From the NCBI GenBank assembly GCA_001192655.1, contig BBVC01000115.1, positions 1 through 15,367 on the forward strand: a stretch of DNA of 15,367 bases, in the 5' to 3' direction. Both the position numbers and the translations under genes were made by a program. Below the pieces are notes generated by a model, which worked only from the letters and a program-made list of their open reading frames with translations, made no database searches and was not told where the DNA came from. This DNA is from Caedimonas varicaedens (GTDB lineage Bacteria > Pseudomonadota > Alphaproteobacteria > Caedimonadales > Caedimonadaceae). Shown in pieces: positions 14,378-15,367 of the stretch; the stretch's first letter is position 1; every line of letters starts with the position of its first letter.

Positions 14378-14563
14378 TCAACTACACATCGTGTTATCAA
14401 TCCTCTAGGATCTGAAGCGCGGCGTTCCCGTTATTCCATGCCTCTTTTTCTTCATGCACATTCTCATGTAAGGATTTCCGAAACTCATACTCAAGAAAGT
14501 TATTTAAATGAACGTCTGAATGAGATAGGATTATTGCCTGCTGATCAGATGCCAATCAAATAG
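14378..14563 (+). pseudogene. 2OG-Fe(II) oxygenase, C-terminal 61 codons (continuation of 13163-13837)
   Basis: STTHRVINPLGSEARRSRYSMPLFLHAHSHVRISE...: H in S..HRV is the distal Fe ligand and R.S is the 2OG-binding motif. The frame is continuous with 13835-13837 if 13838-14377 is removed. Stop TAG at 14561-14563. Confidence 0.85.
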
Positions 14564-14597
14564 ATGTGATGTATAAAGAAAGAGGACGAAGAACGCT

Positions 14598-14930
14598 ATG
14601 CCCCATATGACCTTTGTGACACCTCAGGGTGAACGAATAACAGTTGAGGTGCCAGTGGGTCTCTCTGTGCTCGAAATTGCTCACCAAAATAATATTGATC
14701 TGGAAGGTGCCTGTGAAGGTTCTCTTGCATGTTCTACGTGCCACGTTATTGTGGATTCTGAATGGTATGACACTCTTCCTGATGCTCAGGAAGAAGAAGA
14801 AGATATGCTTGATCTTGCGTTTGGACTAACGCACACATCAAGGTTGGGATGTCAGATAATTATGAAGGAAGAGTTGGATGGTTTAGTGGTCACCTTACCG
14901 CCTGCGACCCGTAATATGATGAGCGGCTAA
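14598..14930 (+). CDS. fdx: 2Fe-2S ferredoxin, adrenodoxin/mitochondrial (vertebrate) type
   Basis: [14 protein letters not shown] (Cx5CxxC) plus the fourth ligand in SRLGCQI. Also the acidic patch [14 protein letters not shown]. 110 aa. Confidence 0.93.
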   Translation: MPHMTFVTPQGERITVEVPVGLSVLEIAHQNNIDLEGACEGSLACSTCHVIVDSEWYDTLPDAQEEEEDMLDLAFGLTHTSRLGCQIIMKEELDGLVVTLPPATRNMMSG

Positions 14931-14993
14931 TTTTTGTAGAAAGAGGGGAGAATGTTATTTCACCTCTCTTTATCGTGTTTATGCTTTTAAGTT

Positions 14994-15367
14994 CTAACCA
15001 CTCAACCGAGAAGACTTTTGTTCCTTTAGAAGTTCTGGCTCTTGTTTTTTATTAAAAAACGTTAAGAGCGGGAATAAAAGAACGCGATCCTTATTTATAT
15101 AGTCTGCTGAAATGATAATGTTTCTTTTCCCCGACCACCGAGAATGCTCATTATAAAAGTCAATTTTTAGAGGTAAAGCATAAAGCGTTTTATACGCAAG
15201 GTTTTTATGTTTGATATTTAAGACGTAATCTTTACCTTCCTCTACAGAAAAAACGACAGGGTCTAATTCTTTAAAAAAATCTCTATCATAATTTTCAGAA
15301 ATTTTTACACGTGAAGAATAGAACTTAAAATAATTATAAAAAGTAATTTTCCCTTCTATAGCTAAAA
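14994..15367 (-). CDS. Partial CDS (C-terminal 123 codons; start lies beyond the window), unknown function
   Basis: Absent from the ORF track because no start lies in the window. The minus-strand frame is open from 15365 to TAG at 14996-14994: LAIEGKITFYNYFKFYSSRVKISENYDRDFFKELDPVVFSVEEGKDYVLNIKHKNLAYKTLYALPLKIDFYNEHSRWSGKRNIIISADYINKDRVLLFPLLTFFNKKQEPELLKEQKSSRLSG. A 123-codon open frame in such AT-rich DNA is unlikely by chance. It is convergent with fdx. Confidence 0.6.
   Translation of the reverse strand, partial: LAIEGKITFYNYFKFYSSRVKISENYDRDFFKELDPVVFSVEEGKDYVLNIKHKNLAYKTLYALPLKIDFYNEHSRWSGKRNIIISADYINKDRVLLFPLLTFFNKKQEPELLKEQKSSRLSG

Noticed and set aside
14556-14829. ORFs 14556-14744 - and 14644-14829 +
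   Set aside because: They are antisense or alternative frames of the ferredoxin gene, which has the full Cx5CxxC...C ligand set.
1-15367. CRISPR arrays or other tandem or interspersed direct repeats
   Set aside because: Reading through the intergenic regions showed no regularly spaced direct repeats. The only clear repeat pairs are the 13-bp IS termini and the short IS200-end hairpins.

Overview
This 15.4 kb chromosomal segment is moderately AT-rich and full of IS elements. The gene content (adrenodoxin-type 2Fe-2S ferredoxin, TlpA-type redoxin, LptM-like mini-lipoprotein, RdgB-HemW) fits an alphaproteobacterium, possibly host-associated; that taxon call is inference only. The window has two parts. 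(A) 1-5440 is accessory DNA. It holds a 'mobile mystery protein A/B' (HTH + Fic) module whose Fic gene is cut off by an IS3 remnant, a tRNA-Leu(CAA), and the 4.5S/SRP RNA gene, which the ORF track cannot show. It also holds IS481-, IS5- and IS630-like transposase remnants and a very AT-rich 515-aa polytopic membrane protein (Wzy-like guess) with a near-consensus promoter. (B) 5441-14930 is core-like. The minus strand carries a tightly packed operon: small lipoprotein, 116-aa unknown, rdgB, hemW. The plus strand carries a TlpA-like redoxin, a 636-aa protein I cannot assign to any family, trxB and an ABC-F ATPase (uup-like). After these come a 2OG-Fe(II) oxygenase split cleanly by a compact, intact IS200-type element (tnpA) and a 2Fe-2S ferredoxin. 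The last ~370 nt carry an AT-rich partial ORF on the minus strand. The best candidates for something undescribed are the 636-aa orphan next to thiol-redox genes, the AT-rich membrane protein stranded among IS debris, and the 116-aa unknown. All family calls rest on motifs read by eye and remembered family signatures; no searches were run.
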